This document shows, one piece after another, positions 13,535 through 25,099 of a stretch of 64,000 nucleotides of DNA. The position numbers were made by a program, and so were the translations under genes. The stretch is from NCBI RefSeq assembly GCF_009914755.1, contig NC_060935.1; one strand, given 5' to 3'. The stretch comes from the human T2T-CHM13v2.0 reference genome, Homo sapiens. The notes under the pieces are model-generated. The model was not told where the DNA came from and searched no databases. It saw only the letters and a list, made by a program, of their open reading frames with translations. Numbering within the stretch: position 1 is the first letter of the stretch; every line of letters starts with the position of its first letter.

Positions 13535-13610
13535 GCTGCCCCATTTTGTAGCTGGGGAAACTGAGGCCCAGAGTGGAGAAGCGATCTCCAAAGGGGAGGT
13601 GACACATGGC
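13535..13610 (-). mobile_element. MIR fragment
   Basis: CCCCATTTTGTAGCTGGGGAAACTGAGGCCCAGAG core. Confidence 0.7.
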
Positions 13611-15264
13611 TGAGCCCCGCCTGATGGGTGCTTGCTGGGGGGAGAAGTCCTGGCTGGGACTTCCCCTCCCCAGGCTGGGGTTTGTCCCCTACTTTGCAGG
13701 AGGAGGGGGGCTCCCAGAAGAGAGTGAGTTTTGAGGGAACACAGTGCTGGGGGTCCCCTCCTGGGCCTGGGGCTGTGGTTCTTAGAGGGGCAAGGGGCTG
13801 GCCCCTGTTGCTGGCTGTGGCAGCCACAGCCTTCTGACCCTTGCTGGCCTGTCGTGGAGTGGGGTTCAAGATGCTATCACTGACATCTGCCCAGGCTCGG
13901 GGGCTTCTGTGTGGTGCCAGCCTTGCCCGGGGGCACAGCCATCAGCAGGCCAGAAGTCCTCAGGAGAGCTTGCTGCCAGGCTGCTGCCTGGGGCCAGGCT
14001 TCAGATATGCTGGCCAGCCTTGTCCAGGGGGCCTCCTGCCAGGTGGGCAGAGGGAGAGGGCCTTCCTGTCCTCATGAGAACAGGGCTGAGCTCCATGTTC
14101 CTTAGCCTCCCTTGGCCTCAGTCATCCTATCTGGAAACAGGGATCATAATAGTTTTAGTTTATAGAGAGCGAGGGCCTGGCCCCTGCGCTCTTCCTCTGT
14201 GGTCTCCTCTGCCCGCTCCCAGAACACCTGGCCTCCTGCTCTGAGGGCCAGCCCTGGGTTGCAGCAGTGAGCATGACCTGGCCACAGTCTAGGGGCTTTG
14301 GGGTGGGTTTGTGGGCAGCTGGGCTGCAGGGGGCTGTGGGAGCCTGAGGGAGTGCCTTCCAGGGGAAGCCCGACAGATGGGGGCACTCCAGGCAGGGGCA
14401 GGAGGTGACCTGGAGGTCGGAGGAGCAAGCTGTGGCTGGAGAGCCGGGCAGGGTTGGTCAGCAGGTCCGAGGGCCTGGGCCTCCCTGGGGTGAGGGCCAG
14501 GGTGCCTCTGCAGGGGTGGAAGTGGGCTGTGAGGGGGTCTGGGTTTATCTCCCCATTGCACAGGGCTCCATGGGGTGGGCTGAGCCATGAGCGCCCTTCG
14601 TGGCACCTTGGTGTCCGGCAGGGAGGCAGGGGCCCAGGAGGAGGGCAGGACTGGCTTCAACGGTGTCGGCCTCTACCCTTTTGGTCCTCACGGAGGAGGC
14701 TGCTCCCTCTTCCCTGGAGCAGCCAGGGATGGTGTGGGGCCCTGGTCCCCTGGCTTGATATAGGCTTCTGCAGAGGATATGGTGTGGCCGGGGGCTCAGC
14801 TGAGAAGCCACCAGGAGACAGATACAGCCTCAGGAAGTGGTTTTGTATCTCTGCTGAGAACCACAATCCGAGTCACATGGGACCATTGAGATCACGTCAG
14901 GGTGCAGGCTGGGGAAGGCTGGGAGCTGGGGTTTGGCAAAGGCGTTGGGGTGCTCTTGTGCTGGACAGGCTGCTGCCCACCGGGCCTGGCCCAGGTGAGG
15001 TGAGAGACACCTGCCCCCCACGTCAATGCCTGGGCACACGGGCCCAGTGCACACAGCCAGCAGGCGTGCGTCTTGCAATGGGGGCTGTGGGGACCCCTTT
15101 GCTCCCCTGATCCCTTCCCTGCAGACCCAGGCCAGGTGGATTCAAGGTGTGGGGCAGGGTAGGAGCTGGGCACTGCTGGATGGCATGGGCCACCCGCACT
15201 GGGGCTGCTGTGACCTCCGAGTCCAGGCACTGCCTTCCACCTGGTTAGGGACAGGGCAGGGAGG

Positions 15265-15574
15265 CTGATGGGCTGGCCCAGCGTGGGGACCTGCCCAGTG
15301 GCCCTGTGGGTGCAGGCCATGTGCCTCTGCATTTCCTTTACCCCATCTGTAAAATAGGGATAACAGCAGCTTCTTAAAGGGCTGTTAGCCACGTGCTTAG
15401 ACTGTGCCCGGAAAATGCACTGTCTCTCCTGGGCTCCCAACCTTTCACAGGCCACAGGCCCATTCCCAGAAGTTTATTTTTTATTTTTCGAGACAGGGTC
15501 TCCCTCTGTCACTTAGGCTAAGAGTGCAGTGGTGTGATCTTGGTTCACTGCAGCCTCGACCTCCCTGGCTCAAG
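15265..15574 (+). repeat. Local duplication copy B
   Basis: Colinear with 12276-12586. Confidence 0.9.
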
Positions 15575-15755
15575 AGATCCTCCCGCCTCAGCCTCCTGAG
15601 TAGCTGGGACTACAGATGCACACCACCACGCCTGGCTAATTTTTGTATTTTTTGTAGAGATGGGGTCTTGCTATATTGCCCAGTCTAGTCTCAAGCTCCT
15701 GAGCTCAAGCGATCTGCCTGCCTCAGCCTCCCAAAGTGCTGGGATTACAGGCATG
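15473..15755 (-). mobile_element. AluJ
   Basis: GAGACAGGGTCTC, CAGCCTCGACCTCC, CTCAAGCGATC and TTTTGTAGAGA J-type diagnostics. Confidence 0.9.
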
Positions 15756-15759
15756 CACT

Positions 15760-16588
15760 TTTTTTTTCTAAGTAGCTTTACGGAGGCGTGCTTGGCATAC
15801 GGTAAACTGCCCCAGTTTAAAGCAGACAGTTCCATGAGTCCTGACATTTGGAGGCCCTGTGAAGCCAGCATCAGCAGAGTGGGCACACCCATCACCCTCA
15901 CAGCGTCCCCCTGTCCCCACGACCAGGCCACTGCTGCCCTACCATCAGGCACGATGGATGGGCTTGTGCCTTGTGGAATTTTATTTGGATGGACTCTGGC
16001 AGCCAACGCTGGTTTCGTCTGGCTTCTTTTATTCAGCGTCATGATTTTGAGCTGTGTGTCTGTTGTGTGTGTCGGCCTGTTGTTTGGGTAGAGCCTACTT
16101 TGCCGATCCATGCACCTGTTGATGGACATGTGGGCGGCTGTATCCCATTTGGGCTCTCACAAATGATACTGCTAGGAATAGCTGGAGTCTCTGTGCGAGC
16201 AAATGCTTTTGCTTCTCTTGTGCAAGCAAGTGGTTGAACTGCTCTGCAGCCCGCTGGGAAGTGGAACGGCTGTGTCATGGGGTGGGTGAGGGCTTCACTT
16301 TCTAGGACACTGACAAACCGTTTTCTAAAGCAGCAATCCCCTTTTGCAGTCCAGCAGCTCCGTGCGACAGCTCTAGTTCCTCTGTCTCCTTGTCAACACT
16401 TGGTGTGGTCGGTCTTTAATTTTAGCCAATCTAACAGGTGTGTCGGGGCCCTCCCTGGCATTCCTGGTGACTCACTGTGTGGGGTCATCTTTTCAGCTGC
16501 TTAGTTGTTGTCCACATATCTTCTTTGGTAAAGTGTCTGTCAAATTGTCTGTTAAGAAAACGTGGGTGGTTTTTCATTGAATTCAAGA
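15760..16588 (-). mobile_element. Old L1M (MB/ME-type) 3' region; further pieces at ~16900-16990 and ~18130-18400
   Basis: Degenerate TCTGGCTTCTTTTATTCAGC..CTGTTGATGGACAT, ATATCTTCTTTGGTAAAGTGTCTGT and TTTGATGAAGTCCAGTTTATC motifs. Confidence 0.65.
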
Positions 16589-16589
16589 G

Positions 16590-16896
<307 letters not shown>

Positions 16897-16955
16897 GAGA
16901 TGTTACATGTTTCTATATTCTGGACCAAGTCCTCTATCAGATACCTGCTCTGTGA

Positions 16956-17285
<330 letters not shown>

Positions 17286-17296
17286 CTTTTAAACAA

Positions 17297-18125
17297 CTTG
17301 TTTTTAGAGCTGCGGTCTCACTCTGTCGCCCAGGTTGAAGTGCTTGGTGCTATGACGGCTCACTGCAGTTCCAACTCCTGGGCTCAAGCCATCCTCCCGT
17401 CTCAGCCTCCTAAGTAGCTGGGACCACAGGCGCATGTCACCACGCCCGGCTGATTGTTAAATTTTTTGTAGAGCTGGGGTCTGGCTATGTCGCTGACAAT
17501 CAAAATGAGGACTTGAAGCATACTCCTCAAATCATCGAGGTTTATTGAGCCAACGTGAGGGCACGCCCAGGAAAAACTCCAGTCACAGAAGCATCTGTGG
17601 CTGCTTTTTCCAAAGAGGTGCGTAGGAGGTTTCATTCATATTTATATGTTTTCTTGAAAAGGGGAGGGGCATCAAGTGAGACAAATGATTATATACTTGC
17701 GAGACTTTAGTTAGAGCCCAGTAAATCTACATTTTACAGAAGACGTATATTGGAGGAAAGAGGGAGCATGGAAGCGTATATCCCAGGGAGGCGGAAGAAC
17801 ATCTCGTTATCTCGTCTCGCCTTTGTTCTGTGCCTGGGAAGGAAGACAAGCCGGCGTCTTATGAAAAGGCTGGTTTCTGTTCAGCCCTTTGGGAAGAAAA
17901 CCCAATGACAGTTATCAAGGGAGGGGGTGTGATGATACGTATCCAACCGCACATCCATCATGGCCCTGAACTCAGCTTGCAGGGTTTCTCTGGGGTTCCC
18001 TCGGCCAAGTGGGGATCCACTCAGTTAGGTGGGGGTGGGGGTGCTTAGAATTTTATTTTTATTTCTCATTGCCCAGACTGGTCTCAAAACCCTGGTCTCG
18101 ATCAATCCTCCCACCTCGGCCTCCC
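17297..18125 (-). mobile_element. AluJ split by an LTR (17297-17493 and 18069-18125)
   Basis: ..GGGTCTGGCTATGT resumes as TGCCCAGACTGGTCTC after the LTR. Confidence 0.85.
17494..18068 (-). mobile_element. ERV1 solo LTR, MER4 group (exact family uncertain)
   Basis: TG..CA ends. Minus-strand start TGAGAAATAAAAATAAAATTCTAAG. AATAAA near the minus-strand 3' end. 4-bp TSD TCGC/TTGC. Confidence 0.8.
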
Positions 18126-18884
18126 ATTCTCTTAATAGTGCCCTTTTAGAGAGCAAACGTTTTGACTTTGATGAAGTCCAGTTTATCAACTTGTTCCCTT
18201 ATGGATTGTGTTTTTTGGTGCTCTCAGAAATCTTTCCCTAAACCAAGGGCACAGATTTTCTGTTTTCTTCCAGAAATTTTGTAGTGTCAGGTTTCACACT
18301 GAGGTGGATATTCCTTTTGAGTTAATGTCTGACCAGCTGGGAGGTGTCGGTGGAGGCTCCCTTTCTGCCCGCGGGTTCCAGCACATTTGCTGGGATGGCC
18401 CTCCTCCCTCCACAGCAGAGTTCTACCCGCCCTCACCACCCTGTATCAACTCATCTCATCGATATCTCCCAACGGCTGGGGAACAAGGGCTGACTCGGCT
18501 GCAATCATCCTGCAGCCAGACTCGGGGACCTAGGACTCTGAACCTCCAACTGGTGTGGCTTCAGGGTCCCCAACTTTTCAGACCCCACCTCTGTGTTGCT
18601 CTGCAAGTGGGGATCAGCAGGGCTGTACCCCAAATGCTGCTTGCTTCTCCCGCCCTCCTCCCTCTCCCCATCTGCTCTTGGCTGCACCCCCAACCCTGAC
18701 CCAAGTGTCCTTCACGCTCAGCAACGCCACAGCCTCTGACACTCCACGGCACTAAAGTGTCAAGAGACCCAGGGGACCTGCGAGATCCATCTCGCCCCAC
18801 ACACCACCAGGTCCCCAGGACTTGGAGGATGCTGATGGCCCAGCTCTGGGTCCTAAGCATGGCAGTATCACAGCCTCACAGGCA

Positions 18885-19770
18885 CATGTGTATGTGTGTG
18901 TGTGCACGTGTGTATGGGTGCGTGTGCACCTGTGTATATGGGTGTGTGCACGTATGCACGGATGTGTGTACACATGTGTATGGGTGTGTGCATGGGTGTG
19001 CACATGTGTATGGGTGTGCATGTGTGTATAGGTGTGTGTATGTGTGCATGGGCGTGTGTATGTGTGCATGGGCGTGTGTGTACTTGTGTATGGGTGTGTG
19101 CATGTGATTGGGTGTGTGCATGTGTATATAGGTGTGTGTGCACGTGTATGGGTGCGTGTGCACCTATGTGTGTATAGGTGTGTGTGTTTATGTATGGGTG
19201 TGTGTGCACATGTGTATAGGTGTGTGTATGCGTGCACCTATGTGTGTATAGGCGTGTATGTGTGCGCGTGTGTAGGTGTGTGTTCATATATATGGGTGTG
19301 TGTGCACCTATGTGTATAAGTGTGTGTGCACATGTGTATAGGTGTATGTATGGTTGTGTGTGTATAGGTATGTATGTGTGCACATGTGTGTAGGTGTGTG
19401 TGTTCATGTATATATGGGTGTGTGTGCACCTATGTGTATAAGTGTATGTGCACATGCGTATAGGTGTGTGTGTTTTATGTATGGGTGTGTGTGCACCTTT
19501 GTGTGTATATGTGCATGTCTATGTGTGCACATGTGTGTAGGTGTGTGTGTTCATGTATATATGGGTGTGTGTGCACCCATGTGTATAAGTGTATGTGCAC
19601 ATGTGTATAGGTGTGTGTTTTATGTGTGGGTGTGTGTGCACCTTTGTGTGTATACGTGCATGTCTGTGTGTGTTTGTGGGTGTGTGTGTACCTATGTCTG
19701 TATAGGTGTGTGTGTTTGTGTCTGGGTGTGTGTGCACCTATGGGTGTGTGTGTGTATGCATGTGTGCATG
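18885..19770. repeat. TG-rich compound micro/minisatellite with a ~147-bp higher-order duplication
   Basis: GTGTGCAC(A/C)T and GTATAGGT units. Blocks starting at 19373 and 19520 are nearly identical. Confidence 0.95.
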
Positions 19771-22179
19771 TCCCTCACAGGGCAGAGCTGGAAAGAACTG
19801 GAGAGGCTGAGGCTGGTCCCTTCATCTCAGGGTGAAGCACCTTTACCCAGAGAAGGAGGGTCGTGGCCTGGGCTACTTTGTGGGCTGGAGTCCTGGTCTC
19901 TGTCACTGAAAAAAGCAAGGCAGAGCGTCTGGGAGGGGTGTCATGCGGGGCTTTCTGAGTCACTGGCTGCGTGAGATGTGAGTAGGTCTGTGGGATAGGG
20001 AGCTGGCCAGGGACTTGAGCTCCCTGCCTGCTATGACCTCAGTCAGCCCCTGCCCATTGTCAGGCTCCTTCCCTGTCTAGGGGTACCCAGTAGAGCTGCC
20101 CAGCCCTGCCACTCCAGCTTGTTTGAGGAAAAAGTGCAACCATGCTGTGGGTGGAGGCAGATGTGATTCTGTCCTCAGAGGCATGGGGGTGACTCCATGG
20201 CTCTGAGCCAAGTTGCAGCTCTGGGGCCCTTCTTGATACTCCAGGGCCCCCCATCACCCCAGCACCGAGATGGGCATGAGCAGAGGGGCTCATGGTGATG
20301 GGGTGGGCGTGGCTGGGAGAAGCCTGCATATGAAGGCCTCTGTCATTGGAGGAGACTGTCCCATGTCCCTCCAGATCATGTCCCTGAGTGGGGAGCGCCT
20401 TCTGGGCAGAGTGGCACACAGGGTCCCACCCATCTCAAGTCCATGGGATTAACTCCCCTGTGCTGGAAGCTGCAGGAGCTGCTGCCTGTGGCTGAGGAGA
20501 GGCCAGGACGGGCCAAGGAGAGCAGGCAAGAGAAGGGGTGGGGCTGGCAGGGAGGGGGCTCCATTAATTCTGATGTCATTTATTGCTGTTCCTATATTTG
20601 TATAATAAATGGAAGAAAATAGTGGTTGGGGGCTTGCTGGGGACTCAGGGAGGGTTGGGGACCTCCAGGGCTTCCATTCGACCTGAGGCCCATGGTGCAG
20701 TGAGTCCTGCCTGGAGTCCCGTCCAGCAGGAGGCAGGAGAGCTGGTGTTTGGAGATGTGAGGGGCTGGGCCCTCCCAGGTGAGCGGGTTGGGAAAGGAAA
20801 GGGTCTGTGCTGGGAAATCCAAGGGGCAAGGCCGTTTCCCGTCCTGGTCCGTCGTTGAGTCCCCTGCCGTGGGACAGCGCTCAGCATGGCACAGACGCTC
20901 AGCCGTGTCATGTGGCTTGTAGAGCGAGGGTGTGCGGCCGGCATCATCCTCAGGGAACTCTGGAGGGACTGGGCCTCAGTTGGCCTGGCCTGGCGCGGGG
21001 CTGCCAGCCAAGAGCCTTCCTCCATCCCATTGAGAGCCAGGGCAGGTCCTGGAGATGGCAGCCTGCAGGTTGAAGCCCCCGACAGCTGGGGGAGGCATTG
21101 CTCTGCACAGGTAGGGCCATGGGGCCCGCTGGCCAGGGTGGCCATTGCTCAGTGGCACCAGCTGGGCAGACAGCCGCATGCGCTCACCACTCGCCCTCCA
21201 CAGATGGGAGCCTGGGAGAGCCCTGCCTCCCGGAACGGACATCCTCCTTCACCAAATCCGCAAAATAGGCCTGATGCCAGGAACGGGGCACTGCAGGGCC
21301 CTTGGGAGGGAGGTAAGCGGGCAGCCGGGCCAACCTGCTGCTTGGGGAAGGGCTGTGGCTGGCCCCAGCCTCCTACCGCTGGCCCAGTGGTCTCTCCACA
21401 CATCACCCAGTGTGGAGTGGTTTTTTGTCTTTCTTTCGAAACAGGCTTTCCTCACTGAGGGCTCACCATGGGGCTGTGCTGGGGACACTGGATGTGTCCA
21501 GGGTCCGTCAAGAAGCGTTGGGGGTAGTCAGGGTCTCAGGGACCACTCTGCTGTCCTCGAGTCTCCTGGTGGTGACCAGTGGTGACTCTTGTGGCGCCCG
21601 GGCCACAGCTACTTTGTTCACCTCCTAGGAGGGAAGAGGGCGAGGGTGAGCCTAGGGCAGATGCCAGGGCAGTGAGGCTCACGTGGGTCTCTTTGCCTGA
21701 TGTGCCGGTGTCCAGGCTGCAGTGGGCACCCGAGCCCTGTGGGAAGCCTCCTGGGTCTGCAGCTGAGCAAAACAGCAGCCGCCAGATGATGGGCCCTAAG
21801 TGGCTGCAGATAGCAGGCACCATTAAATGCAGAGGCCATCTGAGGCTGCAGGCTCAGCACAGGTGGCTTTGGTGCCCTTAGGGAGGGGCAGCGGTGGAGC
21901 CCAGGTCTCTGAAACATTTATGACTTCATGCGTCAGCTGGAGGCTCTTTCACCGCCCAGACAAAAGGCCCTTGCGTCAGAGTGTTCCATGTGGGGCGGGA
22001 GCTTGGGCTGAGAGCTTGGGCCCCTGCTCCCAGAGAGGCCCAGAGCTGGGGTGGCCACACCTGCTGGGAATGCTGCTGGTGGGACTAGGTTAAGGCGAGA
22101 AGGAGGTGTCCATGGCCAGGTGGATTAGTGCAGATTGTGATGGTGTGGTGGTGCTCACGGTGGGGGACTTGCCTATGGG

Positions 22180-22290
22180 AACCTCATCACAGCCCCACAT
22201 CGGGCCCTTTTACAGATGGGAAAACTGAGGCATGGGGTGCATAGCTAGTGAGGAGCAGAGCCAGATGGGAACCAGGCGTCGACTTCAGAG
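22180..22290 (-). mobile_element. MIR fragment
   Basis: TTTTACAGATGGGAAAACTGAGGC..GCTAGTGAG..AGAGCC. Confidence 0.7.
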
Positions 22291-22317
22291 CTGACCTTTG
22301 TGCATTTGTGCATTGTT

Positions 22318-22720
22318 TGTGTTGTGATAAAATACACGTAACGTAAAATTGACCTTTTTAACCCATGTTTCATGGTCTTCGGTTTACTCGCAGTGCTAGG
22401 CGTCCGACACGTCTTTCTAATTCCTGAACATTTCCATCATCCGCAAGAGGAAATTAGCAGTCACCCCTTTCCCCCATGCCCCCAGCTCCTGACAACCACA
22501 AGCCCACTTTCTGCCCCTGGATTTAGCTATTCTGGATGTTTCATGTGCCTGAAATCATGGCAAACGTGGCCCTGTGTGTCTGGTTTCCTTCACCGAGCGT
22601 CCTGTCTTCACTGTCCGCCGTGTTATAACACGCAAGGGAATTCCCTTCCTTTCTGAGCTGAGTAGTGGTCTGTGGTGTGGATGGACTACGTGCAGCTGTC
22701 TCTGCCTTTGGCTGTTGTGG
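22318..22720 (-). mobile_element. L1MB-type 3' end
   Basis: GTGATAAAATACACGTAACGTAAAATTGACC..GAACATTTCCATCA..CTATTCTGGATGTTTCAT. Confidence 0.75.
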
Positions 22721-22975
22721 CTAGAGGCTCCTTCCTGAAAGCCTGATACTTAGAATGGATTTAAAAACAAATTCAAATGTGTGTTGCTTATGAAAATCAC
22801 AAAATTAAGTATGATGCCATCAAAATGAAAAAATGGCTAAAGATTTTCAAGCACACACACCTAAAGATAGCAGACATTCCATTCAACCTTCATCTCAAAG
22901 AATTAGGGCAAGGAGGGCGATTCTAAATGGCTGGAGACATAGTCAGCTGTGAAGCTGTAACTTTCATGAAGACAG

Positions 22976-23328
22976 TGACGTGGTTTGTCACTGCCCGGAT
23001 CTCATCTTGAATTCCCTGTGTTGTGGGAGGGACCTGGTGGGGGGTAATTGAATCACGGGGACGAGTCTTTCCTGTGCTGTTCTCGTAATAGTGAATACGT
23101 CTCATAAGATCTGATGGTTTTAAAAAGAGGCATTCCGCTACACAAGCTCTCTCATGTTTTGCCTGCCACCATCCACGTAAGATGGGACTTGGTCCTCCTT
23201 GCCTTCCGCCATGATTGTGAGGCTTCCCCAGCCACATGGAACTGTAAGTCCAATTAAACCTCTTTCTTTTGTACATTTGCTCAGTCTTGGGTATGTCTTT
23301 ATCAGCAGTGTGAAAACGGACTAATACT
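22976..23328 (+). mobile_element. THE1B solo LTR (ERVL-MaLR)
   Basis: TGA..TGGTTTG start, GGGAGGGACCTGG..TAATTGAATCA, GAAAACGGACTAATAC end. 5-bp TSD GACAG/GACAA. Confidence 0.92.
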
Positions 23329-24014
23329 GACAATAAATTAAAAACTATTTAAAATGCAAAGGAAAATATAAATTTAAATCACCTCTTCGAGTCTCTGGTA
23401 GATCAAGAAAACAAAAATAATCTGAATTATTGATATAGTTAAATTAATAGATATATCAAACTTTGTAACTTAAAAGCAAAAGATGTACCTTTTACAGTGT
23501 TCCTGGAACACTCACAAACATTGATCATATACTAGACTGCAAAAACTTCAAGACATTCTAAAATTAAGAACCTATGCTGGATATCTCTGATTTCAACGTA
23601 TGTTTAAAATATATGTTATTAATTACAAGTTTAATTAATGAAAGTCTAAAGAAGAAAAGTCTACTTAGAAGTAAAAACATCAGCAATATTACTGTGTAAT
23701 AGATCTGAACATTAAAGGGGCATATATGCATATCTGTACACCGAGGCAAATTTATAGCTACAGGCATTTTCCTTTTTTGAAAAAAGTAAATATGTAAGTT
23801 AAAAAGTTCACAGTAAGAAAAGTGAATGTAAATAAGAGATAAGAATAGAAAATAATAGGAAACAGGAAAACAGACTTGAGGGTTCTTTTTGGGAGGTGAT
23901 TCTTGGTTCTTTGAGGAAAACAATATATATCTTATAATTTCAATCATGGAAAAACCCCAAGTATATATCTAAATTTAGACATGAGAAGGCTCTTTGGCAA
24001 TCGATTTAGAAAAG

Positions 24015-24321
<307 letters not shown>

Positions 24322-24942
24322 TAATGTGACAGTACTTTGTAAAATTGTACTCCAGTGAATTTGAAAAATGTTGTGAGATGGCTTATTCTTTGGGAAAAAA
24401 TGTTAAGTCAAAATTAGGAAGAAGTGGAGACAATCTCAGTATGTGTGAGATGAATCTGAACCCTCATCAGAACGTCCACAGCTGACGGTGAACACATTGG
24501 CAGGTGAGATATGTGGAGACATGGCACGTGGTGAAAATGCTTGGCAAAGTGTTCAAGGCAGGATGGAGATACCGTATGGGCATTCACTGGACAGTGTTTT
24601 CATCCCGTATGTTTGAACAATTTTTAATGTGGGATCAAAGGTAGGAAATGCTCTTTACAAAGTCATCAAAAAGTTTTTTCTGGAAAAGCCTCCAGCCCAC
24701 GGTGACCTAGGTTCTTCCCACCATTGAATTAGGATGCCGTCTGCTACTGAGAGAGCCAGTCATGTTAGTGGCTCAATGGGCAGGGTGCCCAGGTTAGCTG
24801 TGAACAAAGTGATCTCTCTGCTGCCTCACTAGCAGAGAGAAAAGAAAACTACAGACCAGTGATATGTACACAGAGAGCAATGAAAATCCTCATTATGATG
24901 GCAGACTAAACCCATAGTGTGTTAAAAATGACCACACATGTA

Positions 24943-25074
24943 GGCTAGGCACAGTAGTTCATGCCTGTAATCCCACCACTTTGGGAGGCTAAGGTGGGAG
25001 GATTGCCTGAGCTCAGGAGACCAGCCTGGGTGACATAGTGAGACCCCATCTCTTTTTATTAAAAAAAAAAAAAA
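24943..25074 (+). mobile_element. FLAM_C-like monomer
   Basis: Left monomer plus A tail. Flanks GACCACACAT/GACCATACAT. Confidence 0.8.
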
Positions 25075-25099
25075 GACCATACATACACACATGCACACA

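Noticed and set aside
18752-19974. Long Cys/Val- and His/Thr-rich ORFs of up to 210 aa
   Set aside because: They are translations of the TG-rich repeat, which has few stop codons in several frames.
23223-23235. PRDM9 hotspot 13-mer in THE1B
   Set aside because: It reads CTTCCCCAGCCAC, not CCTCCCTNNCCAC. The THE1C copies also lack the key T.
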